This document shows positions 1 through 13,900 of a stretch of 64,000 nt of DNA, piece by piece. The notes under the pieces were generated by a model, which was not told the DNA's origin, did no database searches, and saw nothing but the letters and a program-made list of their open reading frames with translations. Both the position numbers and the translations under genes were made by a program. Numbering within the stretch: position 1 is the first letter of the stretch; every line of letters starts with the position of its first letter. Source of the DNA: Raillietiella orientalis (taxonomy: Eukaryota); the NCBI GenBank assembly GCA_036172245.1, contig JAYWIR010000142.1, forward strand, positions 1 through 64,000. The letters run 5' to 3'.

Positions 1-1575
1 CCTCCGAGGAGGAGGATCCGCTTCCAGCCCCCAGATCGCACTAACCTGCGGGGGCCTTCTTCGTCGGAGCCGACCTGCGTACGCCCTTGCGCGACAGGGT
101 TTCGCGCTCGGCGAGCGTTGCTGCGAGCTCCTCCGCCGCTTTCTCGAAGGCCGCGTCTTCGCCAGCGGCGACCGTTGCCGCGGGCTGCTCCGCGACCTTA
201 TCGAGCGCGGAGTCATCGTTGACGGCGAACGTTGCCGCGGGCTCCTCCGCGACTTAATCGAGAGTGGCGTCATGGCTGTCGGCGCGCGAGTCTCGCGTCT
301 CACCCTCTAAACGTAGAATGGGCTCGTCCACGCGAGTATTCATCGCGTCCGCATCAGCTGTTCCGCGAACATTGCCGCGGGCGGGCTCGGCAGGAACGGC
401 TAAGCGTTCGAGTGCCACCGAGCATTCGCGGAGCTGCTTTTTTTTTGAAAGCGGCGCTACTTTTTTCTTGTTGCCGGCAGTTTTCTTCTCCGACTTTTCT
501 TCTGGCATTAATTTCTTTTTTTTTTCCTTTTTGGCCTGAACCAGCTGCCAACCCTCCTCCATTTCCGCGTTCACGGGAGCTCTTTTCTCCAACGTCAGTA
601 CGGGAGGAAGGGAGGCTGGCAGTTGGGAAAGGCCATTTTCGCGAGCTGGTCTTTCTACCAGCTTTCCACGTTTTCCCTCCGCCTTTTTTGCGGCAGGGGG
701 CACCGGGGTGGGGCGCTTGGGGCACACGCGCCTAACGTGACCCTTTTCGCCGCATAGGTGGCACACAATGTTCGGGCACCTTTTTCGTAGATGCCCTACT
801 GCATTGCAGTAGCCACAAAATTGGCGTTTCCCCACGTACCAGAGGTCCATTGCTTCTTGGCAGACCTACAGCTTGTGGGGAAGCGCACCACCCTCTTTTA
901 CTGTGATACGCGCCGCAGCTTGACCTCCGAAAAGGCTATTGTAGCCTTGGAAAATCGTGGACTTCGGCCACAACGCGTGCACTTCTCCGTGCTTTTGTAG
1001 CTGTTCTCGAAATGATGACCTAGTCATTCGACTGGAGATCCCAGTGAGATGGACCACCACCGAGCGGTCCATCGTTATCGGCAAGATCTTCCAACCATCA
1101 AAGATCAGCGGGTCGGTGATCAGGTGTCGGGCCAAGGTGATATCCTTGCATACCACCTAGACCCGCTGCCCGCCGCTGAGGACGCAGAGGCCGTCCAGAT
1201 CTTTGTCGAAAATATTGGCGTTCTGCAGCGCCTTCGTAAAGGCGCGTGCAGTTCTCCCATCGAAAAGGTTGCCTACCTTGTAGACTAGCAAGGGTTTATA
1301 TTCCGCTCTCTTGTAGGCTTCCATCTCGGCCATGGCTTCCACGCTAGGCGCGGCCACCATGGCGCTCCATGACCTCGACGTCGCCGGGGACGATTCCGGG
1401 GCGGAAGCCCCTGATCCAGTAGGCTGTGGGGACGAAGAAGCCTCCATCAAGCCTACTTCCATCGCGGTGTCCTCTGGCAACGCTGCCATCGAACTCCGAC
1501 GATGTGGACGCACAAATCACTCAAGAATCAAAAACACTCGCTTTGCCACGCAGGCGGAGCGAAGGAAAAACACGT
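1..1575 (-). mobile_element. L1/Tx1-like LINE family A: 5' UTR and disrupted ORF1 (gag-like, two CCHC zinc knuckles), running off the window start
   Basis: ORF pieces 1157-1513, 866-1156 and 254-850 are in one frame, split by stops. Starts MAALPEDTAMEVG (ATG at 1489). Knuckles CGYCNAVGHLRKRC and CHLCGEKGHVRRVC. Collinear with copies at 35724-37300 and 39767-40700. Confidence 0.9.
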
Positions 1576-1579
1576 TTGC

Positions 1580-4531
1580 TCTCCACAGCGGGGATTCGGC
1601 CAAGGGGCTCGCTACGACCGCGCGTATTTGCACGCGCGTCGTCACGAGAGGAACCCCAATGTTTGTCGCCTGGCCGAATACCGCGCCGGAGCCGAGCGAC
1701 AAGCCTGGCAATCCGGGTCAGCCAGCATGCTGGATGACATGGGCCGGGAACGTTCGTCCCCGTCTGCGGTACGGAATCTCGCGCGGTGTTTTTATTCCTC
1801 CCTTTACGCCGAAACACCACCCGAACAAGACGCCTCGCAGCGATTGCTCATGAATGCTTCCGTGGCGATAGGGTGGAGGAGAGAGAAAGCCTCGATGAGC
1901 CTTTCACGACCGGTGAAATTCTCGCCGGTATCAAAAGGCTCAAGAGGCGTAAGGCGCCAGGGAAGGACGGCTTGCCCGCGGAGTTCTTTCAGAGTTTCGC
2001 GGATGAGCTGGCCCCTTGGTGCTCGAGTTGACAAGGCGAATCCGGGACGAAGGCGATGTTCCCGCCTCGTTTCGGTCAGCCAGGGTTAGGCTCCTCCCGA
2101 GGGGAAAAGACCTCAGGGAACTTTGCAACTGGCGTCCGATCACGATTGTGAACACGGACGTCAAGTTGATTGCCGGGCTGTGGGCTTCGCGATTGGGGCA
2201 GGTGTTCAATTCCATAATTAGCCCGGAGCAGACTTACGCTGTTCCCGGGCGAAGTATGGAGGACAACCTCTTCTTCGCGAGCACATGGATGCACGCGCAG
2301 CGGAGTAATAAAGAAGGGAAAGGGAAAATTTGCAACCCTACTTTGGGGCCGCCCGTGAGACAGGGAAGGGACCCTCATGCGGGAAAGGGGGCCTTAGCGA
2401 TCGCAGTCGACCTCCATAAGGCATTCGACTGTGTTGACCAGGAACTCCTCTTGTAGCTCCTGGATCGCATGGGCTTCCCACCCTCCTTGATTACCTACCT
2501 GCGCTCTTGCTGGCGGAACGCGATAATCTCAATTACTTTCAGTGGACAAAAGGTGTATGGCGTGCCGGTGTGGCGGGGCATAAGGCAGGGCGACAGCCTC
2601 AGCCCCTTGCTTTTTAGCACCTACGCTGAATTGGTGCTGAAAGCGTACAGGGTGACTTTGGCCCCCTTGCCGAGCTCGTGCCCCGGCACGCCAGCCGTAG
2701 CGGCGTATGCCGACGATCTTCTGCTCCTCTTACCTATGTCCACCCCGGCGAACGCGGTCGGAGATTTCTTCGACCTGGTTAGCCGTGGGGCCGGATTACA
2801 GGTTAACAGGGCGAAGTCGTCAGTGTTGCCAGTTGGAGCGACGTGGGCAGGGCCGCAGGACTGGCTCCGTCTGGGGATCCCCACGGTGAGGTGCATCAAG
2901 TACCTCGGTGTGCCGTTTGGGGACTTCTCCCCTGCGGAAGCGTGGTCCAGCTGCCTCCAGAAAGTCGAGACGGCGATCGGCCCGTTCCTGGACGGCAGGT
3001 TCTACCTGCAGGAACGGGCCGCAACGTGGAACGCGTTTGCGGCCCCCCTTCTTCGCCCCTTGCTTTTTGTTTGCCCCGCCCCCGTGGAATCAAAAAAGCG
3101 GACGAAGGACCTCCTTTACATAGATCTTTTAGGCAAGGGGAGGCCCCGAGTCCCTTTGAAAGACTTGTGCGCTCCGCGTCGGTACGGCGGTCTTAGCATC
3201 CTGACGCTGGAGCGCGTGGAAATTTGGCTGCGATGACGGGCCCTCGCCATCGCAGCGAAGATGTGGAGGACCGCTTGGTGCATTCCGGCCCGCCTCCTGG
3301 CCAGGCGTGTGTCCCGCTGCGAAGGACTCGCGTCGTTTCTTCTGTGCCCTGGCCGGAAGATTCGAAGATGCGGTCTAATGCTCGGCCGCATGGCAACCCT
3401 GGTAAAGGAGAACGACTGGATGGTTTGTGGCCCTGCCAACTCCTCCGCTTGGCTGGAAGAGACTGCTGGAACCTGGGCTAAGCAGAACCAGAGGTGCGAA
3501 CACCGGATGAACTTCCTGTTAGTCGGCTTATACTTCCGCCGCAGTCTCCGTGAAATTCTTGAATTTCCACCGAGTTGCACGTGGGCGGAAGGCACACCCC
3601 TTGTTACGGCGATGCCCTTCCTCCTAAGGGCGCTTCACGGAAGCCGGAAGCCAAGGTGGCAAGTCTGCTGCCGTATCGCAGGCAGAGGGAAGATGATGAG
3701 CGGCTGGACCATGGGAGAGTTGACAGATGCAACGACCCCTAGTCTCCAGCCGCGTGGATTAAGAAGATGGAACGAGCTGCTCGGCATTCGATTGGATGAC
3801 CTGAAGTGGCCCCCGGTTCTACTTGGATCCAGGATTCTCCCCCTGTAGTGGCAAGAATCGGCGCTTCTGTGGCTGCATTGGGGTCTACCCTGCAACGCGC
3901 GATGCTTTCACTGGACGCGGGGAAGAGTAAATCCTGCGTGTGCCAGGTGTGGGGAGCGGGAGTCGCTCCCCCACCTCTTAGTTGAATGCCCTGCCGTCCA
4001 GATTCTTTGGGATCGTCTGACAACGGCCCTCCGGATACCGGATGGTGGCAATGTTGAATGTATCTCCAGTCTTGTCTTCGTGCGGGACGCCCTCATTCCA
4101 GCCGCAGCCCTGGCATCACTTTGCTGCATTCGTGGTATCGTGGCGGCCTGGAGTGATGCCGAAGATGAAGACTGCATCGTGAGGGACGTCATCGAGTATG
4201 CTTCTCGCTTCCTGCAGAGAGCTACCCGATGGCCCCATCTAGGAAAGCTGAAAATGGAACTAGAAGGCATCCTGCAAAGGATGGGCGCTCCCAGCAGTTT
4301 TCTGTGATCCCTTCCCGGCCCTCCAACCTTTTTTTTGTGGTTTGTTTTTCTCTTTTATTTTATTTTTGTTTTTTCCCCCATCCCCCTCCACTGCCGAGGA
4401 GAGCCACACCGGGCTGCGTCCCGGTGTCCCGGCAGTTCCGGCATTCCGTGGCCGTCAGTGGGGCCTTGTACCACGTTCTGTATTGACCGTTGAAATGTTT
4501 TTAATAAACGTCCCGGCGTATCCGGGTGGCA
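1580..4531 (+). mobile_element. LINE family A ORF2 pseudogene (post-endonuclease linker, reverse transcriptase, C-terminal CCHC) and 3' UTR
   Basis: KAPGKDGLPAEFF, NWRPITIVNTDVK, VDLHKAFDCV, GIRQGDSLSPLLF, AYADD, KYLGV and C-terminal CARCGERESLPHLLVEC; frameshifts and stops present; T-rich 3' UTR after stop near 4307. Confidence 0.95.
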
Positions 4532-5470
4532 TCGCTGAACGCACTGCGTTCTTCGAAGGCCTGCGTCGAGATTGGCTGGCCGAAATAGACGCTAGAAGGT
4601 CGCACCTGATTGCCGAGGACTTTATCGTCCGCCTACTGGCACGTGCACCCGGAGCACGAGCACAACTGTTCAAAGAGATGTGCGCAGCAATGCATGCGCG
4701 CAACTTGTTGGACGGTGACTCCTGGATGGAGATAAGGATTGACCACGTGTTCCTCGACCACCACCTGTGCACGCGGGTGGGAATTCGGGGTACATTGTTA
4801 TCCACGTTGTCCGGCCACTCTCGTCTTGTGGTCGAGATACACCCGCGAGAAAGAGGTCCAGCTCTTAAACGTGCCGTTTACCAGGGGACTGGTTGCGCCT
4901 CGCAGGAGCAGCTGACCACCTACGTGAATTCCTGCGAGGATTCCATCTTGAGACGCTCGCGGACTGGGACATAATGAAGAGTTCAGTCCGCGAGTTCTTC
5001 GACCAGTTTCCTTTGGACTGTCTTCCCTCAGGATTCGGAAAAAGATTCAGGCATTCAGGTCGCGTTCCCACACGCCCGTACTCACTCCAGGAATCCCGAC
5101 GTCTGACGCTTGGCGGAATATGAAGCTGGGGCTAAGAGACAGGCCTGGCAATCCGGCTCTGCGAGCTTGCTGGACGCTCAAGGCCATGAGTGCTCAGCCC
5201 TAGCACAGGTGAGCGAACAACAGAGCGCGCCTTTGCGCAGCAATTGCTGCCGCAGGGCGCCCCCGCGTTGAAGCAAAAGGATCAGGAACAAATACAGGAG
5301 CCTTTGTCGATGGCGGTGATCATCTCTGCCATCGGAAAACTGAAAAAACACAAGGCACCAGGGGAAGACGGCCTGACCGCGGAGGTTTACCAACTCTTCG
5401 CCGCGGAGCTGGTACCCCTGGTGCACAAACTATGCACGCCTATCAGTCACTCAAATAGCCTTCCCGCAAA
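4532..5470 (+). mobile_element. Degenerate LINE ORF2 fragment (C-terminal APE endonuclease and linker)
   Basis: SHLIAEDFIV (decayed GDFN), IDHVFLD, LSGHSRL (decayed SDH), LADWDIMKSSVREF and KAPGEDGLTAEVY align by eye with 28100-29049. Confidence 0.85.
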
Positions 5471-7265
5471 AAAGTGAGGAACTTCTAGTCAGAAGATGCA
5501 CAATCAAGGAAGAGAAGCAGCAATCTTGAATTCCATTCCCCAAAGGTGTGAGGCAATGGTTGATCCCAAAGGCGAATGATTGTAGCTGGCAGCAAGTCTT
5601 GAAACCTGAGCTGGACTTAACGATCCAAGCGGAGAACCCGACGGTGTTACTGATGGTTTGCGGCAGCGTCGGAGAGCGTGCAATGGCACTGGAAAAGCAC
5701 AGCATGGAATAGAGTGCAAACGCTCTATACTTTTTTTTCAGGGCAGTGTAGGCATAAATCTCAGAATCGATGTAGCTGCACAAGGGAATCAGCATTTCCC
5801 CAAAACACAGAATAGATGCCTGAAATCTTTTGGACGAAGGAAGAACGAAGCAGAAATGCATGGGGATGTGTTTTGAAATTTAGAATCTTCTGAACGCGGA
5901 TCAGAAACCTCGCCGTAGCTATTAGCGGGATGGAAGACGTAGTCAAAGTCTTCAAAAAGGACATGCGTCGCGGAGAAAGCATCTCCAGATACATCTGGCA
6001 GTTGCAGAACACATGTTTTAGACAAGGGTTTTGCACAGCAATAGGGATGCAGTAGTGAGTAAAGAATGTACCACACCACTCACTGGTTCAACACGCATGA
6101 ATGGTTATTTGCTGAACAAAAAATACTGAGATTTCCATCATGATTCCGATTGAAGCACGCATTGCTGCTCTTCCCCACTGAAGATTAGAAGAAGCTGCTT
6201 ATTGAAAAAAACCTCCATCATATTCTTTCCCGAATGTTTTTTTTTCATTTCAATTGACGAGCGCTCACCTAAGCGAGCTGTCTTAGACATTCAAAAGAGG
6301 TATTAACATACGAGATTTATGAGAGGCAATGAAGGTCCAACCGTCAGTAGGACAGTGGCCCTTTTTTCACAACCGGTATGAAAAATTCTCATGCTAACGC
6401 ACTCCTTGATTTTTGGAACTACCCTTGAAAATCGACGTTCAAATCATTCACTCAAGAGGGTTATCATCCTTCCACCAGTACCCTATTCGAAGCCTGTGGA
6501 CCAACAAGCATCGTCCCATCATATGGACTGGAAAGCCACTATGCATCCATTTCTCAAGGTCCATTCTGCACGTAAAAATTCGAACCTCAACGTTTGGCAT
6601 CAGAAGGCAGCTCGCAGCAACTCCCGGAATGATAGAAGACTTGCAAGTATCACCCACTCCACATTAACAGCGTTTTTCAAATCTTCTGGAGGCAAAAACT
6701 TACTAGTTTTTCCGATCGTTCATTTGTTCTGTTTCTGTCTCAAACAAAGTTTGCACTGCTTCTGGTCAGAATAGAAAGGGAAACGGCAGAAGCGACAGCT
6801 CTGGATGCAGTCTTCATCTTATTCAGGAGTTCTCAAAGGAAGTTAAGCTTTATTTTTGCGTTTGCAAAGCGGCATTCATTTATTTGTGAAACTGCAGAAG
6901 TGGAGCAGCGGTGGACTTGCTGGTTGAGCAACTGTCTTCACATGTCAAGCAGCATCGGTTCCTCGTGCTCTCAGCTCCCTGATGTCAATAATGATCTTCA
7001 CGATCAAACCCACAATGCCGGATGAGGACTCCTCGAAGAATTGGAGCAAAGACCTACTATCAATGTTGACTATAGTAGTCCAGTCTTGCTCGAGGTATGT
7101 CGTCACCTGCTTCATCTTGTCGACCAAACTGAAAGGAAGAAGATGTGCTCGCATTCGACCCCTTGCAGAGAGCTTGCATGAAATTTTTAGCTAACAAGGA
7201 CCCCTAGAAAACACGAAAGAAAGGATGAAAACGGGGAGAATGAGAAAGGTAGGACACGTGAAAAT

Positions 7266-7953
7266 TTAGGAAAAAAATGGAGAAACTCGTTGCGAAAGTA
7301 TTTGTGGCAGATTTTTCCTTGTCCCACAGCAAAGACCAACAAAGTCGCGCGTTCGCAAAGAAAGATTCAGTCGTCCTTCCTTGACGTGCTCTTTTATGGA
7401 AACCTCCCAAGCCACAGGATAACTGCGAAAGAACACGCTTCCCAGTGATGAGCTCCGGTCAACTACGTGCCCATACAGTGCATAGCAGTTTCCAAAAGTG
7501 TATTTGCAGAGTAAACCGAAGCGCTTTAGATAATGAACATAGACACAGCGATCAGACACCACTCTTCCACAGTTACTCACATATGTGAATTTCCAACGAT
7601 GTGGCTAGTGTCGAAGTTCTCAATGTCACGAACCAAATTGCTGATGTATTCTTTAATCAACCTTAAGTAAGCGACGTGAGGGCGGGATGCGTGTACTGGG
7701 TCACTTGCACCTGCGCAATTCGCAAACTCCTTCAGCAAATTCGTAACATTTTGGTAAATGTAATGCACCATAGACTGTTCAAGAGGAAGCCTGAAAAGTA
7801 ACCACTCGGGATAATCGTGTTGCATAGCTGGAAACGGGTACTCAGGAACATCACAATGAACAGCGCATTCTAATCATACACTGCATACTTACTTTCCTCG
7901 CGGTGCTCTCCGGCCGCCTTGCGTTTTTTTTCCATTCTGGCGCAAAGTGGCAC
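7266..7953 (-). CDS. Probable exons of an unidentified spliced host gene (7953-7893, 7827-7581, 7422-about 7290); partial model
   Basis: Donors GTAAGT (7892) and GTGAGT (7580); acceptors TTTCCAG (7828), TTTCGCAG (7423) and CTTCAG (7954). The 65-nt and 158-nt introns join in frame: MEKKRKAAGEHREETMQHDYPEWLLFRLPLEQ...NSHIYPVAWEVSIKEH. No family recognised; gene ends not resolved. Confidence 0.4.
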
Positions 7954-10900
7954 CTGAAGCATGTTGCAAGGAACCGGCTTCTCTGTCGTGTAGTTCGATG
8001 TTCCGCAGCGGCAGGGAAGCGAGGTCTGCCAACGAGGTTGGAGTGGCTACGTGAGCTGAGGAGAAAGATTGTAGCGCGCTATTACGGCGCGGTTTCCCTG
8101 ACGATCTGTTAGCCGACCGTGCAAGCAGGAATGCTTCCACTGAAACTCGTCCGCTGGACGCATCCGCTCGCATGGATTCTTCCAAATCCCGAAAAGCCAT
8201 TGCGCACAAGAAGTAGGTACCATTGCAAAGGAGCACTCTCAAGGACATTATTGCACAAACCTCGTCCATCCATTGCATTCTCCACGAATCATGCTTGAAA
8301 GGAACCACAGACCAGTTCTTTCAAGAATGCCCAGAATAGAATTCAAGACGGAAACCACCCAAGCACAATGAGATTATCAATCCACTGTTATCCAAAGGCG
8401 CCATGCAGAAAGAGATTTACCAGTTGCGGCTACAACCAAGACGATGCAGCACAGGTAGTTCATCCTGAGGACGAGTGCTTGCTGTCTATGGACCTCGGCT
8501 TAATCTCCGAAAACCAAATGGGGTTCTCGGTGCTTCCGCGCCTACAGATTCTGAAAGAACCAACGTGCAGCACGGCCTCGTGAGAAATCTTCAAAAAGTC
8601 AAAAAATTGGAGCATTCCGCTGTGTCGACTTGACTTTACGGCATCTTCCCCTTGGGACGCCCATTAGCAGCACGCAAGACCTGGTGCTGGCAAGGTGACA
8701 GTCACCTGCGCGCCCTGCCGTGTCCCAGCTGCTCGCATAGTTTTCCCTAGCGCATCCCTGCTTTGACGTAACAAGATTTCTTCAAAACTGGTGCAGTCCA
8801 CACTGCTCACAGGTTCCCATTCGTTTTGCCGGCAGCGTGATGGAAGTGGAAATTTGCATTTCAAAAAGAGCAATCGTACTTTTCATTGCGCAAGGTGAAA
8901 GAGGTTTTCCGTCTCCCGGATGGAAATTTCGGATGCGGGTGTAAGGAATGAACCGTGGGAGAGTTGTTCAAACAGATAAGCACATCCTCACTTGTCTGTG
9001 TCTATGACGTTCACTTTCCACACCAAGAGGAGTCAGATAATCTCGAACACCGGAAGCTAAACCAGATCGAGTGGTAAACCTGCTCCAGTCTGTTCTCGTT
9101 CAGAAAGCGGCATCTAAGATGTGCCCTTCGTACCCCATCACAAGTAAGCAAGCAAAACAGGATGTGGGTGTCATTAGAAGGGGCCACGGAATTCCAGCAA
9201 GATTGGATACCGTTTTTAGAAGTTTTGCTGCTCCTAAGAAGATACCTTCCTGTGGCATCCTCTCCTCTTACACTGCGCGTCCTATTTCTCTCTTGCGGAA
9301 GGATGTTAGCTGCTAGTAGTTCTGGAGTCTTGCTCTACCGTTATGAAAATCCAGGAGGGAGGGATCCTGGTTTACTAAGCACAAGAGGCATTCCACATTT
9401 TGTCTTGAATATTATCCTTAACGAAGCTGGAAGTTAGGCGTCGCTGCTGCTTCTGCAGCCCCCAGAACAAAGGAGTTCCTTGCTTTGCTACCAGCTTTCC
9501 TGGACATTGTATCTTAGCTGTTTGTTTGTAAACGACCTGAAGGATGAAACCCGACAGGCAGTCGGAGCCAAACGGGGAGAAAGAATTCTGAATGCCAAAT
9601 GCAGCTTACTCGAGTTTGCAGGAATGCAGAAACCGTCTTTTAAACTGCATCTATAGATTGAGGTCGCCTTCCTTGGGTCATCTATGCTCTTGCAAAAAAG
9701 CGTAAGCCTCTCCTAGCTGCACAGCTCTTCCCCGTGATTTTCTTTCAGTTCTATCTTACTCAGGCGGCCAAGATATACACTGCATTCAAAACCATTCTAG
9801 AGGCTCCTATGCCAGACCTTATCGCCAATCCGTCTCGCGGAGAAATGATCGATGTACTGAATGGCGTCACTTTGGAAACAATTTCCAAGTGGTGGGAGCG
9901 TTCTAGACTGTAGTTGCTTGAAACTCAGGGAAATCGACGCCGGATTGTATGAAAGTAGTCAGCTTCGGTGACTTAAGGGAATCCGATTCTGCTTCAGAGA
10001 GCTCAGTGCATGTTGCGTTTGTGTAGCAAATGGAGTCTTCATTGCACTTTTCCGCTTTCTTAAACGGTGCGGGTGCGCTGACAGTCATTTAAGCAGACTC
10101 GAGGTGCTCCTTTGGTTAACGGTGCCTCTATTCTGGGATCTCACTTAAGCCAGCATCTACTTTTCATGTCTTTCATCCATGTGCAATACACCCTTACAAA
10201 ATTCGCCCCTATCCGGTCACGACTCCTCACTGCCAAAAGTTTCCTTAGGAATTTCAAATCCTTCCCTCCTGTGGAACATAGAGTCGTTCTGCCTCCCTTG
10301 TCCGGTCGCTTTCGTTGTGCTTCCACGCTAGACGAGCGGTGTCGAGTGTGACCACTCAATTTCCTCTCCATGAACGCCAAGATTGCGTGGCAGTGCTGCC
10401 ACTCCTTCTTTCTAGATTGGTTGCTCTAAAGCCATCATTTTCCATTTTCTTTGCTTGCTTCCTCGGTCGGAAGCACCCACCGGACAATTGGGTCTTCACA
10501 GCAACAGAGAGACGGCTTTCACCGACGACGATTGAAGTGTTGCATCGAAAACTGCTCTTCCGGCAGCCGGCACGGCTAGTCGACAGGAGTTCACAGAGAG
10601 GCAGGCGAAAGACAGGAGGTGATCTTCAGAATGCAGAAAGTTTTTCGAGGCAGTACGCTGTGTAACGCAGAGCACGACTCACCACAACCCCGATACCTCT
10701 AGATGACATGAAATGCGTTCTCGTAGGTGAGTTCCGTTTTCCCAAAATCAACCGCGCAATTCTGGGATTCCTCTCTAGCGCCCGAGCGCTGAAAACGCTC
10801 GTATTCCGCCTGCTGCACATCTTGTTGCTTCTGCGGGATTACAGTGGACGCTGACTGTAAATGTGGATACTATGCAATGGACACAGTAGTGATGGTCAGA

Positions 10901-13900
10901 GCATTCAGGTCATGAGCAGCTGAAGCATCAGTGCTGCTGCATCAAGATCCTAGTGTAGCATCCGCAACTTCCTGAGGATCCCTATCGTGCTCTTTTTTGC
11001 TGCCGGTTGCAGAATTTTGGAGTCATCCTGCCCTGGGCCTGGAGACGAGTCCTTGATTCCAGTGATCCTCGCGTATTTCGTGAAAGCGGCCTATTGAAGG
11101 TTACAGAAGGTCACAGCCGGCATGCACGTAGTAAGAAAGAACCTTCGACATTTTTCTTCTCTCTGGTAGATATGCAGATGGTAGCGGACTCGACTTTTGC
11201 GTAAAAGCGCGCGTAGAGTGCACTGTTGCACGCATGTGCCGAGGGTGAGAGTAGGGGAGACCCCAGATGGCTTTTCCGCGTCTCCAAGGAGATGCCTGCC
11301 GTAGTGAGCTAACGGAGGTGCTTTCAAGAAGCCAAAGATTGCGTATATCAGCTGACGGAACAGAAAGACATCACGACGCAGCGGAGCAGCCAATTCAGTT
11401 CTGAAATAATGGACGCACATTCGACTTCCTGACCAGCGGTGAAGCAGCAAAATGTATTCATATTAAAATACATATGTGAACGCGGCATTCAAACAATGGA
11501 TGGCATTGCCGTTTTTTTGCCTTCACTGCTGGAAAATGGTGGCGCCTGCAAGGCTTTTTGGTCGTCTGCTGTACCTGTGCGTATCCTTTTTGCGGAACAG
11601 TATCTGGGTTTCCTGGTGGAAGCTGCCAAGGGACGATTTCTCTTCGTTACCATCCCTCAAGCACCGAGAAACACCGCGGCGAGTGCCGCAGCTTTTGTAG
11701 GCACGTTCCGCGCTATCACATAAGCGGTTTGATAGCCCTCCTTTGTCGCTGGATGAATCGTTGCAGAGGCAGTCATCAAGGTTGGCAGTCCATTGCGGAG
11801 ATGGGTGGGACGTGACCGGCTCCAGCGCTCTTCTCCGCGTCTCGAGAACAGGAAATCCATCTAAGGAGTTTCGACAAATAAGCGGAGAGCCAATCGGGCG
11901 CCATGGTACGCTGTCTCTTAAGAGCTGAGAGTTTCCGACGTCTGAACCATTCTGAGCACAAGTTCAGATAGACGCTCCGTGACAACACCGTTTGAGATGG
12001 ACTATTCAAACCCACAGAAAGCAGGAACACCTTTGCGGCAAAGACTGTTAAGGAAACAAATGAAGTTGCTTTTCAGTGTTCCTTGCTCTGCGGAAAACTG
12101 GTGCTGCGGTGTTCCTTGCGTTACTCGGAATGCCGGAAACTGCCGTCTTCGGAACCGCGGCATCCTCTCGGGAATGTTAGACAGTTCTTGAAAGCTTTCC
12201 AAGGTCACTTCAGAAAACCCAAATCGGAAAAGACAGTTCGGTCAAATAAGTATTGCTTTCGAGCTGTGTTGTCAGAGGAGAAGGTGAGTGCAATAAAAGA
12301 AATAGGGGTGTTGTCGGCTGCTGCGTCCTCTATGCTACTCTCGCTGCCGTTCCACGGAGGCAGGCGACACTCTGCACGCCCCCTCTCTTGGAATCCCTAC
12401 AGCCAGCTGAACGCGCCTTTTTCCAGCGTTCGTTCGTTCTTTGCTCAAAAACTCCGCCTGTCTCCAGGAGGCAACCTGATCCGCAAGTGTTTGGCAACGC
12501 CTTCGAATACCGCATGCGTCTACTTGGTGCAGCTCCAACGAATTCATAGTTGATGTCTCCACATCACAAAGAGTTTCGCCTCGCCACACTCACTAGAGTG
12601 TTGTCTTCCTGAGGTGGCCTTCCTGGCGACATAGCAAAAAAGGGCGGCCGCTGAAATCGAAAGAGGTGCCGACTCGTCGTCATCCATTTCCTTCCGTCCA
12701 GATAACTCTAAACTCTAATTGCGAAATAACGGAGTCTCTAGCAAACTACGAGCCATCTTGTGCTAACGGCAGCATTTGGTGTCACGTATAGGATTCAAAG
12801 AGTGGAGGAGAGCGTGAAAGCGTGGTAATTGTGTTGAGAGGAAGTGAGGCGAAAGCAGTGCTTTGGGAACGTGGAGTCATCTCGTCATACTGCCTGGTCT
12901 GTTGCTATCAGAGAACTCCCAAGCAAGGCAGATTACTCGCTGGCGAGTAAACGATCTAGTAAATGCATCGCATAGCTTGTGAAAGTCTGAAGCAAGGAAC
13001 ACGAAAAACACAGTCTTCGATTATGACCGTCTCATACGGCAAGAAATAAGACAGCCTTAATCTTAGCGCTGCCTTTTTGAAACTGCTGAAAAAGTGGCAA
13101 GTAGAACTTTTGTTGGATAACTCTGGAGGCAGCAGATGCTACTTCCAATGATAAGTTAGTCCAGTCTAATGTTGCCGTATAGTTGCTGCCACGGAGCCGG
13201 CCCATCATGCCACAATTCGGCTATCCGTTAAGACAACTGTCTTCACTTCCAAAAGTCAAGCGCTAGAATTCCTCCCTTTTTACTATATGCCTAACGGCAA
13301 GAGGCGGCGGCATACTGCGTTGCTTCATTTGAAGCGCGATTCAAAATCTTCTCTTGTGCTAACACTCCCATGCAACCACTTCGACGATGTCCTTCCGGAA
13401 AAACGAACTCGTCCAGAATAGCACCCTTCCCTTTTTCCTCAACTCAAAAACCTAGGAATTTCTTACCCGAAAGAGTTGCTTCTTCAAATCTATACCAAGT
13501 GATTACTTTGATCTGTGCCGCAGGCCATCTTAAACGCCCCGGCACCTCGATAGAACCACCAGAAACTTGTTGCGGGCGTTCCACGAGTGCAGAGGAAATT
13601 CGGCAGACAACGTGATGCAAACGCTACGCTGCATCATCGGCATTGTCAGAAACCGTTAATTGCGCAGCATTTCCGTCTTAGGGAAGGTGTTTCCAACTTG
13701 TTATTTTATATCTGTTTGGTGAATCCACTTGGAGCAGCCCAATGGAAACTTGCTGCCTTATGGTGAGAATCAAAGGAGGTACCACTGGGTGTGGAAGCAT
13801 GATTGCATGTGGCACTCCACAGCATCATTGAACGCGTAGAAAGAAGGATGGAAAGAGCGACCCTTCTATGGAAGTGTGAAGAGCCCACGCATTTTGCCTG